Of a stretch of 64,000 nt of DNA, positions 18,692 through 28,318 are shown piece by piece. Numbering within the stretch: position 1 is the stretch's first letter; every line of letters begins with the position of its first letter. The stretch comes from Candidatus Bilamarchaeum sp. GTDB taxonomy: Archaea > Micrarchaeota > Micrarchaeia > Anstonellales > Bilamarchaeaceae. Under the pieces are notes generated by a model. It saw nothing but the letters and a program-made list of their open reading frames with translations, searched no databases and was not told where the DNA came from. A program made the translations under genes and the position numbers. Where the stretch lies: contig DATIFM010000008.1 of the NCBI GenBank assembly GCA_035455205.1, forward strand, positions 13,146 through 77,145, read 5' to 3'.

Positions 18692-19188
18692 TTTGGAAAT
18701 TCCCGGACAACATAAACACGGACTTCATAAGCCCGGCACGGTACAACCTCGCATCCAGCCTCGACGCCAACGCGAAGGAGCTTGCGAAGATTGCGTTCGT
18801 CGAGTACAGGCCGGAGTTCCCCAAGAACGTGAAGGAGGGCGACATCATCGTCGCGGGGGAGAACTTCGGGTGCGGCTCGTCCCGCGAAAGCGCCGTGGTC
18901 GCGCTCCAGGCCTGCGGCATCAAGGCGATACTCGCCAAATCGTTCGCGAGGATATTCTTCAGGAACGCGATAAACATCGGCATGCGCTGCATCGCGATAG
19001 ACACGAGCGGCTTCGAGGAAGGCGACGAAATCGAGATAGACAGCAAAAAGAACGTCGTGCGCAACAGGACGAGGGGCATCGAGCGCGGATACAAGGAAGA
19101 TGAATTGACAAAAAAGATACTCGCAGAAGGCGGGATAATCTCTTTCATTCAGAAGAACGGCACTGGCTCGCTGGAAAGGCTTCTATGA
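18688..19188 (+). CDS. leuD: 3-isopropylmalate dehydratase / homoaconitase small subunit
   Basis: Start overlaps the leuC stop (ATGA); the protein has the small-subunit GDNIDTD-equivalent region (NINTDFISP) and GENFGCGSSRE. Confidence 0.8.
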   Translation: MIWKFPDNINTDFISPARYNLASSLDANAKELAKIAFVEYRPEFPKNVKEGDIIVAGENFGCGSSRESAVVALQACGIKAILAKSFARIFFRNAINIGMRCIAIDTSGFEEGDEIEIDSKKNVVRNRTRGIERGYKEDELTKKILAEGGIISFIQKNGTGSLERLL

Positions 19189-20177
19189 AAATCTGCTACA
19201 TTCCCGGGGACGGAATAGGCCCGGAACTGATGAAGCATGCGCTCAGGGCGCTGGATGCGCTGGGCAGCTTCAGCCTCGTGGAGGCGAAGGCGGGCTATGA
19301 CTGCTTCAGGGAAAGCGGGAAGTCGCTCCCGGACGAGTCGCTCGCAAGCGCGAAAGCCGCGGACGCGGTACTTTTTTCCGCGCTCACATCGCCGCCCGAG
19401 AGCGTCGCGGACTACCGCAGCCCGGTGCTCCAGCTCCGCAAGGGCCTCGACCTTTACGCGAACGTCAGGCCGTGCAGGTCGTACCCGAACGTGAAAACGC
19501 TCTTTGATGGGATAGACCTCACGATAGTCCGCGAGAACACTGAAGGCATGTATTCCGGGATTGAATGGGTCGAGGGCGAGAGCGCTTTCCTGAAAAGGGT
19601 CGTCACGAAAAAAGGCTCGGAGAGGGTAGTGCGGTTCGCCTTCGAGTGGGCAAAATGCCACGGGAAGGGCAAGGTCACGGTAGTGCACAAGGCAAACGTC
19701 CTGCGGAAGACATGCGGGCTGTTCCTGCAGACCGCGAAGGAAGTCGCGCGCGACTATCCGGAGATAGAGATGGAGGACGTCATTGTGGATGCGATGGCGA
19801 TGAGGCTCATCAAGCACCCGCAGGATTTCCAGGTCATCGTGACCACGAACCTTTTCGGGGACATACTTTCGGACGAGGCGGCCCAGCTCGTCGGGGGGCT
19901 CGGGATGACGCCTTCGATGAACAAAGGCGATTCGCACGCGCTCTTCGAACCGACGCACGGCAGCGCGCCGAAATACGCGGGAAAAGACGTCGTGAACCCT
20001 TGCGCCATGATGCTATCCACCGCGATGATGCTCGACCACCTTGGCCAGAAAGGGATGGGCGAGCGGCTCCGGTCGGCGGTAGTCAAGACGCTTTCGGAAG
20101 GAAAAAAGCTCACGAAGGACTTGGGCGGCACGGCAAAGACGAGCGAGATGGTCGAGGAGATAGTCAGGAACCTATGA
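19185..20177 (+). CDS. leuB: 3-isopropylmalate / homoisocitrate / isocitrate dehydrogenase family
   Basis: MKICYIPGDGIGPEL N-terminus and the NLFGDILSDEAAQLVGGLGM decarboxylating dehydrogenase signature. Confidence 0.85.
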   Translation: MKICYIPGDGIGPELMKHALRALDALGSFSLVEAKAGYDCFRESGKSLPDESLASAKAADAVLFSALTSPPESVADYRSPVLQLRKGLDLYANVRPCRSYPNVKTLFDGIDLTIVRENTEGMYSGIEWVEGESAFLKRVVTKKGSERVVRFAFEWAKCHGKGKVTVVHKANVLRKTCGLFLQTAKEVARDYPEIEMEDVIVDAMAMRLIKHPQDFQVIVTTNLFGDILSDEAAQLVGGLGMTPSMNKGDSHALFEPTHGSAPKYAGKDVVNPCAMMLSTAMMLDHLGQKGMGERLRSAVVKTLSEGKKLTKDLGGTAKTSEMVEEIVRNL

Positions 20178-20864
20178 GCGGTGGCGCCTTATTCTCTCGA
20201 GTAGGTTCCCTGAGGCGAAAGCGGTGTCGTCGCTGGAGATATAAGTAAGATAGTCCTTGCCGTGAAGTATCTTCCCCCGCTCGCGAAGCTCCTTTCCGGC
20301 GATTATCTCCTTTTCAAGGACGCAGAACTTGTTCCCGCCGTAATGGAGCGGGATTGGCGTCCCGGAGCGGTATTTTTTGCTTTCCATGTCGTAATAGTCG
20401 GAATTCACGAAGCAGGCGACGGGCTCGAGGACCATGACAGGCCTGTCGGTTCCCGAGGTGTCGGATGGCTTCAGGATCTCGAGGACCCGCATCTCCACGG
20501 AGGCGATGCACTTTTTCAGCCGCGGCGGCTTCACGATTGAGGAAGGGGCTGTCTCGATTCCCAGGATGGAGAACTTGTCCTCCCCCTCGCGGAACCCGCC
20601 CCAGGCGCTGTCCCACAGGGTGTCGAGCGTCTCCTCGTCGCCGAACGGGATGCTCGCGACGAGCTCCGGGTTCTTTTCTATGTTCTTGAACGTCTTGCGC
20701 CTCGGGTTGATGGCGATTATCAGCCGGACGGGGATGTGCGTTAGCCCGGTCAAAGTCACCATGGGGGCGATGTTGGGGCCCGAGCCGGACTGGGTAGTTA
20801 TCCAGAACAGGGGGAACGGCCGCATCACGCCGGAAAAGCTTTTCGGGTCGAGTTCCTGCATCAT
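20172..20864 (-). CDS. flavin reductase-like (FMN-binding split-barrel) protein
   Basis: ITTQSGSGPNIAPM segment typical of the flavin reductase domain; 4-nt overlap with the upstream adenylate-forming enzyme gene. Confidence 0.55.
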   Translation of the reverse strand: MMQELDPKSFSGVMRPFPLFWITTQSGSGPNIAPMVTLTGLTHIPVRLIIAINPRRKTFKNIEKNPELVASIPFGDEETLDTLWDSAWGGFREGEDKFSILGIETAPSSIVKPPRLKKCIASVEMRVLEILKPSDTSGTDRPVMVLEPVACFVNSDYYDMESKKYRSGTPIPLHYGGNKFCVLEKEIIAGKELRERGKILHGKDYLTYISSDDTAFASGNLLERIRRHRS

Positions 20865-22120
20865 GAGCCCACCTTCGAGAACACCACCCTGAGCTTTCCT
20901 GTCCTGCCTTTCTTAATCCCGCTGGTCCGCTCGAACTCGACCCGCACGCTTTCCCCGAAGCACTGCCGCCGGATACCCTGGGCTATCTCAACCTTGGCCG
21001 CATCAGGGATGTCGCTTGCTACGGGCACGTAGCGGAAAATAAAAAGGCCGCGCTCGGCCTGCTCAATCTGGTATTCGTAGAAATGCGAGAGAAGCGCGTA
21101 TTTCACGTAGAAGCTTTTTCCCGGAACGGTACGCCCGCCCGGCAGAATTATCTGGTCGTCCTTCCGCCCCGTGAGGTCTGTGATGACCGGCGTCTCCTTC
21201 CCGCAATCGCATTCCCTGCCCCAACTGGCCTCGTCCCCTATCCTGAACCTGAAGAGGGGCATCGCCCGGTTGAAGAGGGGGCTTACCACGAGCTCGCCCT
21301 GGCCGCTCTTTTTCGGCCTGCCTTTTTCGTCCACAATCTCCACGATGCAGGATTTGGATTCAACATGGAGGCTCCTTCCCTTCACGCATTCGCGCGCTAT
21401 CGAGGAGCACTCCATGGAGCCGTAGTGCGTGTAGACAGGGCAGGAGAACGAGTCGGAAAGCTCCTTCCGGACGTCCTCGGAGAGAAGCTCGCCGACGCAC
21501 ACAATGTTCTTCAAGCGCAGCGGGTTCGGGACGCGCGAGTTCATCTTCGCGATGAGCGAGAGGGCCGATGGATATCCGCGGATTGTCTTGGGCCGGTGCT
21601 TCATCAGCATCGCGAAGTTCTTCTCGGGCGGGTCGTAGACGGGAAGGAACATCTTCGGGAACAGCGGAAGCATCCTGTCGAGGTTCCTGTCGAAATCCAC
21701 CGAATGCAGCCGGCAGTAGAGCTGGAAGGGGGCGCGGCCGTACGATATGTCGGTAGCGTATCGCACTGCCTGCCGCAGGCACGCCGTGTCGATGTCCTGG
21801 TAGATGCGCGTAGGCGTGCCGGATGAGCCGGAGGTCTGGGCAAATCCGAGCGCCTTTACGTCGAAATAGTCCGGAACGAACGCCTCAGGGTGGTCGCGGA
21901 TGTCGGGTTTCCCGGTGAGGGGAATGCTCTCGGGGCTTTCGAAGAAGTCGGCAGGAGTAACGCCCTTCAGCTTATCCCCGTAGAACTTCGTCCGCATCGC
22001 CGCCTTCAGCTGGCGGCCGAGCTTTTTTTCCTGCAGTTTCCGCAGGGCATCGGCATCCAGCGACTCCTCGCGCCACCAGTTCGCAAAATGCGTGAGGAAT
22101 GAGACGGTCTTTCCGAGCAT
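20861..22120 (-). CDS. phenylacetate-CoA ligase / coenzyme F390 synthetase-like adenylate-forming enzyme
   Basis: AMP-binding P-loop-like TSGSSGTPTRIY, overall PaaK-like length and organisation. Confidence 0.7.
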   Translation of the reverse strand: MLGKTVSFLTHFANWWREESLDADALRKLQEKKLGRQLKAAMRTKFYGDKLKGVTPADFFESPESIPLTGKPDIRDHPEAFVPDYFDVKALGFAQTSGSSGTPTRIYQDIDTACLRQAVRYATDISYGRAPFQLYCRLHSVDFDRNLDRMLPLFPKMFLPVYDPPEKNFAMLMKHRPKTIRGYPSALSLIAKMNSRVPNPLRLKNIVCVGELLSEDVRKELSDSFSCPVYTHYGSMECSSIARECVKGRSLHVESKSCIVEIVDEKGRPKKSGQGELVVSPLFNRAMPLFRFRIGDEASWGRECDCGKETPVITDLTGRKDDQIILPGGRTVPGKSFYVKYALLSHFYEYQIEQAERGLFIFRYVPVASDIPDAAKVEIAQGIRRQCFGESVRVEFERTSGIKKGRTGKLRVVFSKVGS

Positions 22121-22194
22121 CGGTGCACCAGAATAGCTTTCCCGGGGAACGTTTTTTATTGGACATGCAAAAGCTATAAAAGATTAATAAGAGT

Positions 22195-22962
22195 GTGGAT
22201 TCCATGTCCCCTGCACGGTATCTTCTCTTGGTTCTGGTCCTGTCGGCGGCCGCCTTTTCCACGGCGCCCGCCTGGGTCGTGAAAGACACGGTAGTCGAGT
22301 ATTCCGTAGGGAGCGACAAGATAACTTTCACTGTGCTCTCGAACAACGGCACCGACGTCAAGATGCAGATAAAGCCTTCCACCGCCCCGAACTCTTACAC
22401 CGCAACCGAGAACGCGAGCGCCATGTACGGGCAGATTTGGTTCGACAGCGAGCTGCTCTCGGGCGCCTCGTATGGCAGGACTTACGGGGACTTGACTGTC
22501 ACCGACGAAGGCACCGAGACCTATGCCGGCAAGGAATACCACACGATAACCCTGAATGGGGAAATCAGCGGCTCCGACACGACAAGGGTATATGACAAGG
22601 AAACCGGACTCATGCTGAAGCAGACCGTGACAGCAGCCGGAGCGCCTCAGGTGGTTCTCGCCAAGTTCACTCCGCCCGCGGCCCCTGCGCCGCCTCCGCC
22701 GCCCCCGCCCCAGCAGCCCGCGAACCAGACGAACACGAGCCAGCCCTCGCAGCCCCAGCAGCCTCCGGCCAACCAGACCTCGCAGCCAAGCCAGCCATCC
22801 CAGCCATACCAGCCGCCGACAGTAACCCCCAACCCTCCCGCGGAGGAACCGGCCGAAGAAACGCCCGAGGCGCCGGCGAAGCGGTCGATAACCTCGGCCT
22901 GCTGCGGAAGCGCGGTCATACTCCTCGCGCTGCTTGCGGCGTTCGCGAAAAGGGAGGCCTGA
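22195..22962 (+). CDS. secreted surface protein with Pro/Gln/Ser-rich linker and C-terminal TM anchor
   Basis: Signal peptide LLLVLVLSAAAFSTAPA; low-complexity PPPPPPPQQPANQTNTSQPSQPQQPP...; C-terminal hydrophobic SAVILLALLAAFAKREA. Confidence 0.5.
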   Translation: MDSMSPARYLLLVLVLSAAAFSTAPAWVVKDTVVEYSVGSDKITFTVLSNNGTDVKMQIKPSTAPNSYTATENASAMYGQIWFDSELLSGASYGRTYGDLTVTDEGTETYAGKEYHTITLNGEISGSDTTRVYDKETGLMLKQTVTAAGAPQVVLAKFTPPAAPAPPPPPPPQQPANQTNTSQPSQPQQPPANQTSQPSQPSQPYQPPTVTPNPPAEEPAEETPEAPAKRSITSACCGSAVILLALLAAFAKREA

Positions 22963-22968
22963 GGGCGC

Positions 22969-25482
22969 TCAGGATTTCGAGTCCTTCCTGACCATCTTCC
23001 TGAATATCTCGAGGAATATCGGATCTATCGGCTCAAGATACCTGGAGAGCTGGGGAAGGAACCGGTTCAGGATGCCCAGGCTCTCGAAGTGCCTTCCGAA
23101 CTGGTCGGCGTAGAGCGCCATCCGAGTATAACCCTGCAGCCCCCCGTGCAGCGCAGCCTGGTCCACATAGGGGATGAGCGGCGCGATTGACGGAGCGCTT
23201 ACATGCGCGTCTGTTATTGTCTTGCCGAAGGCCAGGTCGTGGTGGTGGCCCTGCACCATTAGGAATGCGCCATCCCTCCGCTGAAGCGTCTTGTGCTCCA
23301 TGAGGCCGGTGACGTGGTCGCGCGACGAGCGGGCCTTGTGGATTCCGAAAATCGGGATTCCCTTCGCGGTCACCTGCCCGCTCCCGATCCACCCGCCATA
23401 GAAAACGTGGATGCGCGGGTCGTTCTCGCGGAACCCGCCCGTCATTTTCACCGCGCTCGCGATGCGCACGGCCTCGTCCAGCCTCTCGTCGCGGTGAGAC
23501 TGGTTGTAGTGGTTGCCCGAAATGAATATCGCTTCCCCGCCCCGGGAAATCACTTCCGCCGCGTGCTCGATGAGCGGTATCAGGAGATGTATCTGCCGGT
23601 CGAGGTTCGGGACGGTGTAGGCGCAGGACGCCCTCCGGTAGAATTCGCGCATCGCCCTCTCGAAATCGAGCGGGCCGAGCGACGGGTCGCCGTTTATCCT
23701 TTCCCCGAGCAGGCGCCGGAACTCGTGCTCGTCGAGGAAATTCCTGGCCACGACCTCGTTGGCCTTCGAGCCGAGCGTCCCTTCTACCATGTCACCGCCG
23801 AAGATTATCAAATCGGGGATGCCCAAGGCCCTGCTGTCTGCGATTGCGGCCCGCATTATCTCCTGGTTCGAGTGGGAGTCCCACGGATTTCCGATGCCGA
23901 TATGGTAGTCGCTGTGAATCTCGGCTATCACCCGCTTTATCCTCCGTATCGGAGGGGGCTGGAAAATGTCCTCGAGGGGGGCCTTGTTCTGCACGAGCAT
24001 CCGAAGCTGCTCGTCCGAAAGGCGGGATGGGAGCTCGAGTGCGAACCGCGATGCCGCCTTCGCCCCCGGCTCCCCGGATTGCCCGTCTTCGAGGGTCGCA
24101 AGCCTGCGCCGGAGCTTTTCGCGCTCTGAGTAGAGAATCGGCCTCGCAAGCTGCTCCAGGTGGGCCAGGCCGAGCATTTCGAAAGAGAGGGCGCCGTCCC
24201 TCGCCGCGGTTATTATCGTCAGGCCGGAATCCAGCTGCGATTTGTCCAGTGCTTCGGTCTGGGGGGTCTTTATCTTCCGGTTGTAGGCGTCGAAGAGCCC
24301 AGCCGGGTCCGAGAATCCCCCCTGCTGGAAAACATACATCGGATGGGCGTCGGCATAGGACTGCGGGAGCGCCCAGCCTTTTGTTCCGGGGTGGTGGGAG
24401 AACAGGAACAGGTCCACCTTGGGAAGGAGCCCGTAGGACTGCAACTTCGACTGGACCTCCTCCCGGCCGGCGAGCGCGGCCTTCTTTGCCGTTTTTGAGG
24501 TGTTCTCGAGGTTGTGCCCTACCGCGACCCGCAGCCCGCCGACGTCGATGAGGGAGATGTTGTCCTGGAGTATCCGGACATCCGTTCCCTCGAACAGGCG
24601 GTGGAGGACGTCAAGGTATTCCCTCGTTGCCCTTTCCTTCAGCTCCTTGGTTTCGGAGGGCGTCATGTATTCGGTGTTCGTCCTCCTCACGGCCCCGAGG
24701 TTGGCAAGGTCATCCTCGAAGAGAGCGATGCGCTCATCCAGCTTCTTGCGCCGGCCGATGAGCTGCTCCCTCTTTGCAGAGATTGCCTTTACCTCCCGGG
24801 ACAGCTTCCGTATCCGGTTCTCTTCCCCTTCGTGGCGGCCTTCGTCGTGCATCCTCCGCTTCCGTCTCCTTCCCAAAGCCTTCATCTCGCGGAGCAGGGA
24901 GTCCGACTCCTCTTCCATGCTTGCGAGGCGGGCGTCAATGGTGCCTTCCTCGTCCCTCAGCGTGCCAATGCGCGCCTGGAGGCTCTCTGCTTTCCTCGAT
25001 TCTGCGATCATCCGGTCGGTAATCGTCTCTATGTTCGCATGGTCCTCCTCGCCCATTACGTACACTAGCGGTGTCTTGCCGGCCTTTTCCGAGAGGAGCT
25101 TCATCGCCCTTCGCATAACCTCGCAGGAGTCGTTGATGTCGTCGATGCCGTCCATGAGGAACTCCATTTTCTGGCGGTTGCCCCTCGAGCCCCGGGTGGG
25201 CACCTCGGGGAGTGCACCCCCGTTGATGACGATAAGGTCGAACTTGCCGCCCTTTTCACCAAGCAGGCCGCACAGCCCGAGGAAGGCGTTGAAGTTGAAT
25301 GCCGCCGTCCCCCCGAAGAGCTCGCCCATGGAAAGTATCCGGACATCCCGCGCGAGCCGGTCGGCAAGCGGCCTGAAGAGGGAAAACCGGCTGCGGCCCT
25401 CGCCCAAATCATCCATCACTTTCAGGGGCCTGCGCATTTCCAGGTACTCGGCATTTTCAAAAAGGGCATGTGGGGAAGCCAA
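22969..25482 (-). CDS. large protein with two calcineurin-like metallophosphoesterase domains separated by a charged coiled-coil
   Basis: C-terminal domain has a complete motif set (IHSDYHIG, FGGDMVEG, ISGNHYNQ, VQGHHHD); N-terminal domain is degenerate (DLIVINGG, VMGEEDHAN, VAVGHN, LFSHHPG); the middle is RK/E-rich heptad-like. Confidence 0.55.
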   Translation of the reverse strand: MASPHALFENAEYLEMRRPLKVMDDLGEGRSRFSLFRPLADRLARDVRILSMGELFGGTAAFNFNAFLGLCGLLGEKGGKFDLIVINGGALPEVPTRGSRGNRQKMEFLMDGIDDINDSCEVMRRAMKLLSEKAGKTPLVYVMGEEDHANIETITDRMIAESRKAESLQARIGTLRDEEGTIDARLASMEEESDSLLREMKALGRRRKRRMHDEGRHEGEENRIRKLSREVKAISAKREQLIGRRKKLDERIALFEDDLANLGAVRRTNTEYMTPSETKELKERATREYLDVLHRLFEGTDVRILQDNISLIDVGGLRVAVGHNLENTSKTAKKAALAGREEVQSKLQSYGLLPKVDLFLFSHHPGTKGWALPQSYADAHPMYVFQQGGFSDPAGLFDAYNRKIKTPQTEALDKSQLDSGLTIITAARDGALSFEMLGLAHLEQLARPILYSEREKLRRRLATLEDGQSGEPGAKAASRFALELPSRLSDEQLRMLVQNKAPLEDIFQPPPIRRIKRVIAEIHSDYHIGIGNPWDSHSNQEIMRAAIADSRALGIPDLIIFGGDMVEGTLGSKANEVVARNFLDEHEFRRLLGERINGDPSLGPLDFERAMREFYRRASCAYTVPNLDRQIHLLIPLIEHAAEVISRGGEAIFISGNHYNQSHRDERLDEAVRIASAVKMTGGFRENDPRIHVFYGGWIGSGQVTAKGIPIFGIHKARSSRDHVTGLMEHKTLQRRDGAFLMVQGHHHDLAFGKTITDAHVSAPSIAPLIPYVDQAALHGGLQGYTRMALYADQFGRHFESLGILNRFLPQLSRYLEPIDPIFLEIFRKMVRKDSKS

Positions 25483-25571
25483 ACCATCACCTCTCGTATC
25501 GGACGGGCCGGCGCGCTATAAAAGGGTATTCCGGAAAATCCGGAAATTATTGCAAAGTATTTCCGCCCGCG

Positions 25572-26480
25572 CTACCGTTTCATGGAAATATTCCAAGAGC
25601 CCGGGGCAAGGGACGACAAAACGCCCTGGAGGTCGGGCGCCACGATTCCTCTTTCGTATCCCGACACCGCATCGATTTCATATATGCCCGTCGCACCTTT
25701 CATGACTAGGCACACAGGGACGCCCATGAACAGCGGGAGGCTGAGGTCGAGCTCGAAAATGTCCCCGGCAACAAGGGCTTCGCCCCTTGAAACGCCCGCC
25801 GACGCGAGTATTCCTTCGATAATTTCCCAGTATTTTTTCCGGCGAAGCAAAACAGGGCGCCCGAGCCCGCCCACTTCCATGCCCTCCGGCACCGCGGCCC
25901 ATGAGTCGTCGATGGCATATTTCTGCGCGCTCCCGAAAACGGGCGGGGCACGGCCGGGCCCGAGTTGCGCAAGCTTCCGCTCCACATTCCCCGCTTCCGA
26001 GCTCGTGACAATGAAGACGGGGAATTTGTCCATCAGCTCACGCAGGAATTCCCCGGCCCCGTCCCTGAAAACCGTCGGGTTCAGGGGATAATTCCGGTGG
26101 AAGATGGAATCTGAGAGTTTCAGCCTCTCCGCCTTGTCCATGAACAGGCCGAGCGAGTCGAGGACAGCCCCCGCCGTTGCAGTCGCCAGGATGTGGGGGT
26201 CCGCATAAGCCGGGGCGACTATCTTTCCGCCCACGCTCCACCCGAAGTCCGGGCTTTCGTCCAGCTTCCTTCGCTCGGCTTCCCAGAGGCGGCCGAGCTC
26301 CGCTTCGGCGATGCCAAGGACGCTGCACAGGTCGAGCAGGTAGCGCTCGCCGAATCCCGCGGCCTCCTTCTCGACGTCGGTGAGGGTGCCGTCAAAGTCC
26401 AGGATGACGCACCTTACAGGGAACCGGCCGCGCTTTTTTCCGGCTTCCGCGGTCCGCAGTTTCATCGCATCAGGCGGCAT
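25572..26480 (-). CDS. HAD-superfamily hydrolase
   Basis: Motif I VILDFDGTLTD; start placed at an internal Met (MPPDAMKLR...) because the 5' part of the track ORF has no coding character. Confidence 0.6.
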   Translation of the reverse strand: MPPDAMKLRTAEAGKKRGRFPVRCVILDFDGTLTDVEKEAAGFGERYLLDLCSVLGIAEAELGRLWEAERRKLDESPDFGWSVGGKIVAPAYADPHILATATAGAVLDSLGLFMDKAERLKLSDSIFHRNYPLNPTVFRDGAGEFLRELMDKFPVFIVTSSEAGNVERKLAQLGPGRAPPVFGSAQKYAIDDSWAAVPEGMEVGGLGRPVLLRRKKYWEIIEGILASAGVSRGEALVAGDIFELDLSLPLFMGVPVCLVMKGATGIYEIDAVSGYERGIVAPDLQGVLSSLAPGSWNISMKR

Positions 26481-26607
26481 TTTCCGGGTATTTAGGGCTT
26501 TATGCGGAAAACGCGGAAATTTTGCCGCGCTAAGGCCCCCAATGAGGCTCACGGCCGGAAATTTTCCAAGCTGTAACGTTATTAAACGCACAGTGATTAG
26601 GCTCAGC

Positions 26608-27990
26608 ATGAGACTAACTTTCTATGGCGCTGCCGGAATCGTGACAGGCTCATGCCACCTGCTCGAGGCCGCGGGGCAAAGGATTCTCGTCGATTGCGGC
26701 ATGTTCCAGGGGGCCAAGGAGGTAACGAGGCTGAACTACGAGCACTTCGGCTTCGACCCGAAGAAGGTCTCGTGCCTGCTCCTCACCCACGCCCACATCG
26801 ACCACTGCGGGCTGATTCCGAAGCTCGTGAAGGCCGGGTTCCGCGGCTCGATAATCGCGACTCCCCCGACAGTGCAGCTAGCCAAGATAATGCTCGAGGA
26901 CTCCGCGACCGTCAACAAGGAGGAGACCGAGCAGGAGAACCGGAGGCGCCTCCGTGAAGGGCTGCCGCCCCGCAAGCCGCTCTACACGCTGGACGACGTG
27001 AGGCATTCCCTGCATTTTTTCCGCCCGCTCCGCTATAACACGCCGCTCCAGATCGGGAAGGGGCTGAAGGTCACGCTCAGGGACGCCGGGCACATACTCG
27101 GCTCGGCAATGGTGGACTTGTCGGTGAACGAGAGCGGGAAAAACACCCGCATAGTCTTTTCGGGCGACATGGGCCAGGGAGGGACGCCCCTCGTAGAGGA
27201 CCCAAAGATAATAGACGAGGCGGATTTTGTTCTCATCGAATCGACATACGGTAGCCGCGCGCACGGAAGCGTGTCGACCAGGCAGGAGCTCCTTTCGCGC
27301 GAAGTGAAGGACACGTTCAGGAGGGGCGGCATGCTCATGATTCCCTCGTTCGCCGTCGAGAGGACGCAGGAGATAATCTACTACCTCCACAGGATGGAGA
27401 AGGAAGGGAGCCTGCCGAACGAGTCCGTTTTCCTCGACAGCCCGCTCGCCATCGAAGCGACGAAAGTGTTCAACGCGAACCTCGACTACTTCTCCCCGGC
27501 GCTCCGGAGGGAGTTCAAGGAGCCGTTCACGTTCAAGAAGCTGAAATTCCTCAAGACGATTGAGGACTCGTCGTCCCTGAACGACTACCGGAAGCCGTGC
27601 ATCGTGATAGCCGGGAACGGGATGTGCACCGCCGGCAGGATAAAGTTCCACCTGAAGCACCACCTCTGGGACCCGAGGAGCACGGTCTGCTTCGTTGGAT
27701 ACCAGGCAGAAGGCACCCTCGGCAGGCTGATACTCGAGGGAGCAAGGAAAGTGCACATGATGGGCTTCGACGTCGCTGTGAAGGCGAAAGTCCGGCACCT
27801 AGACAATTTCTCGTCGCACATAGACGCGGCCGGAATGATAAGGTGGCTCGGCGCGATGCGCAGGAAGCCCCGGCGCATCTTCATCGTGCACGGCGAGGAA
27901 TCGTCCTCGAAGGAGCTCGAGTCGAGGCTGAAATCGAGAGGGTATAAGACCCACGTCCCGATATTGGGCGAGAGCGTCGAGCTTTACTGA
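26608..27990 (+). CDS. metallo-beta-lactamase fold beta-CASP ribonuclease (aCPSF2 / RNase J-like)
   Basis: Start at MRLTFYGAAGIVTGSC; HxHxDH motif LLTHAHIDHCG; beta-CASP region with conserved D/H residues (IESTYG, VHGEE). Upstream part of the track ORF is non-coding. Confidence 0.75.
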   Translation: MRLTFYGAAGIVTGSCHLLEAAGQRILVDCGMFQGAKEVTRLNYEHFGFDPKKVSCLLLTHAHIDHCGLIPKLVKAGFRGSIIATPPTVQLAKIMLEDSATVNKEETEQENRRRLREGLPPRKPLYTLDDVRHSLHFFRPLRYNTPLQIGKGLKVTLRDAGHILGSAMVDLSVNESGKNTRIVFSGDMGQGGTPLVEDPKIIDEADFVLIESTYGSRAHGSVSTRQELLSREVKDTFRRGGMLMIPSFAVERTQEIIYYLHRMEKEGSLPNESVFLDSPLAIEATKVFNANLDYFSPALRREFKEPFTFKKLKFLKTIEDSSSLNDYRKPCIVIAGNGMCTAGRIKFHLKHHLWDPRSTVCFVGYQAEGTLGRLILEGARKVHMMGFDVAVKAKVRHLDNFSSHIDAAGMIRWLGAMRRKPRRIFIVHGEESSSKELESRLKSRGYKTHVPILGESVELY

Positions 27991-28001
27991 ATGCGGGCTA
28001 C

Positions 28002-28199
28002 TTATTCCCGCGCATGAGGCATCCGGTAGGACTTGCGGATGCCTTCGGCGCACGGGCTGCACATTCCGTGGCTTTCTATCTCGCTCTTGAGCCGGCTCTG
28101 AAGAGGCTCGGCTATCGGCTCGTGGGTGTCGCGGCGCTTGACCGTGTTGCACCAGCTGCAGTTCACGAGTTCCTTGTGGCGAAGTTCTACCAAACGCAT
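28002..28199 (-). CDS. small zinc-ribbon protein (about 65 aa), hypothetical
   Basis: CxxC...CxxC pairs (NCSWCN and HGMCSPCAEG). Confidence 0.25.
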   Translation of the reverse strand: MRLVELRHKELVNCSWCNTVKRRDTHEPIAEPLQSRLKSEIESHGMCSPCAEGIRKSYRMPHARE

Positions 28200-28318
28200 C
28201 ACCTCTTGGCCGGGAGATGGGATCTCCCCGCGCTTGTGTGACACGCGGCTGAATGGTTTATTTAAAATTCCATGAAATACCATGAACAAACAGGAAAAGG
28301 GACGAACAAGCAACAGGT

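Noticed and set aside
22680-22860. Repetitive CAGCC/CCAGC-rich DNA that might be mistaken for a repeat array or CRISPR-like element.
   Set aside because: It is in-frame coding low complexity (the PQ/SQ-rich linker of a surface protein). There is no spacer-repeat periodicity and no cas genes.
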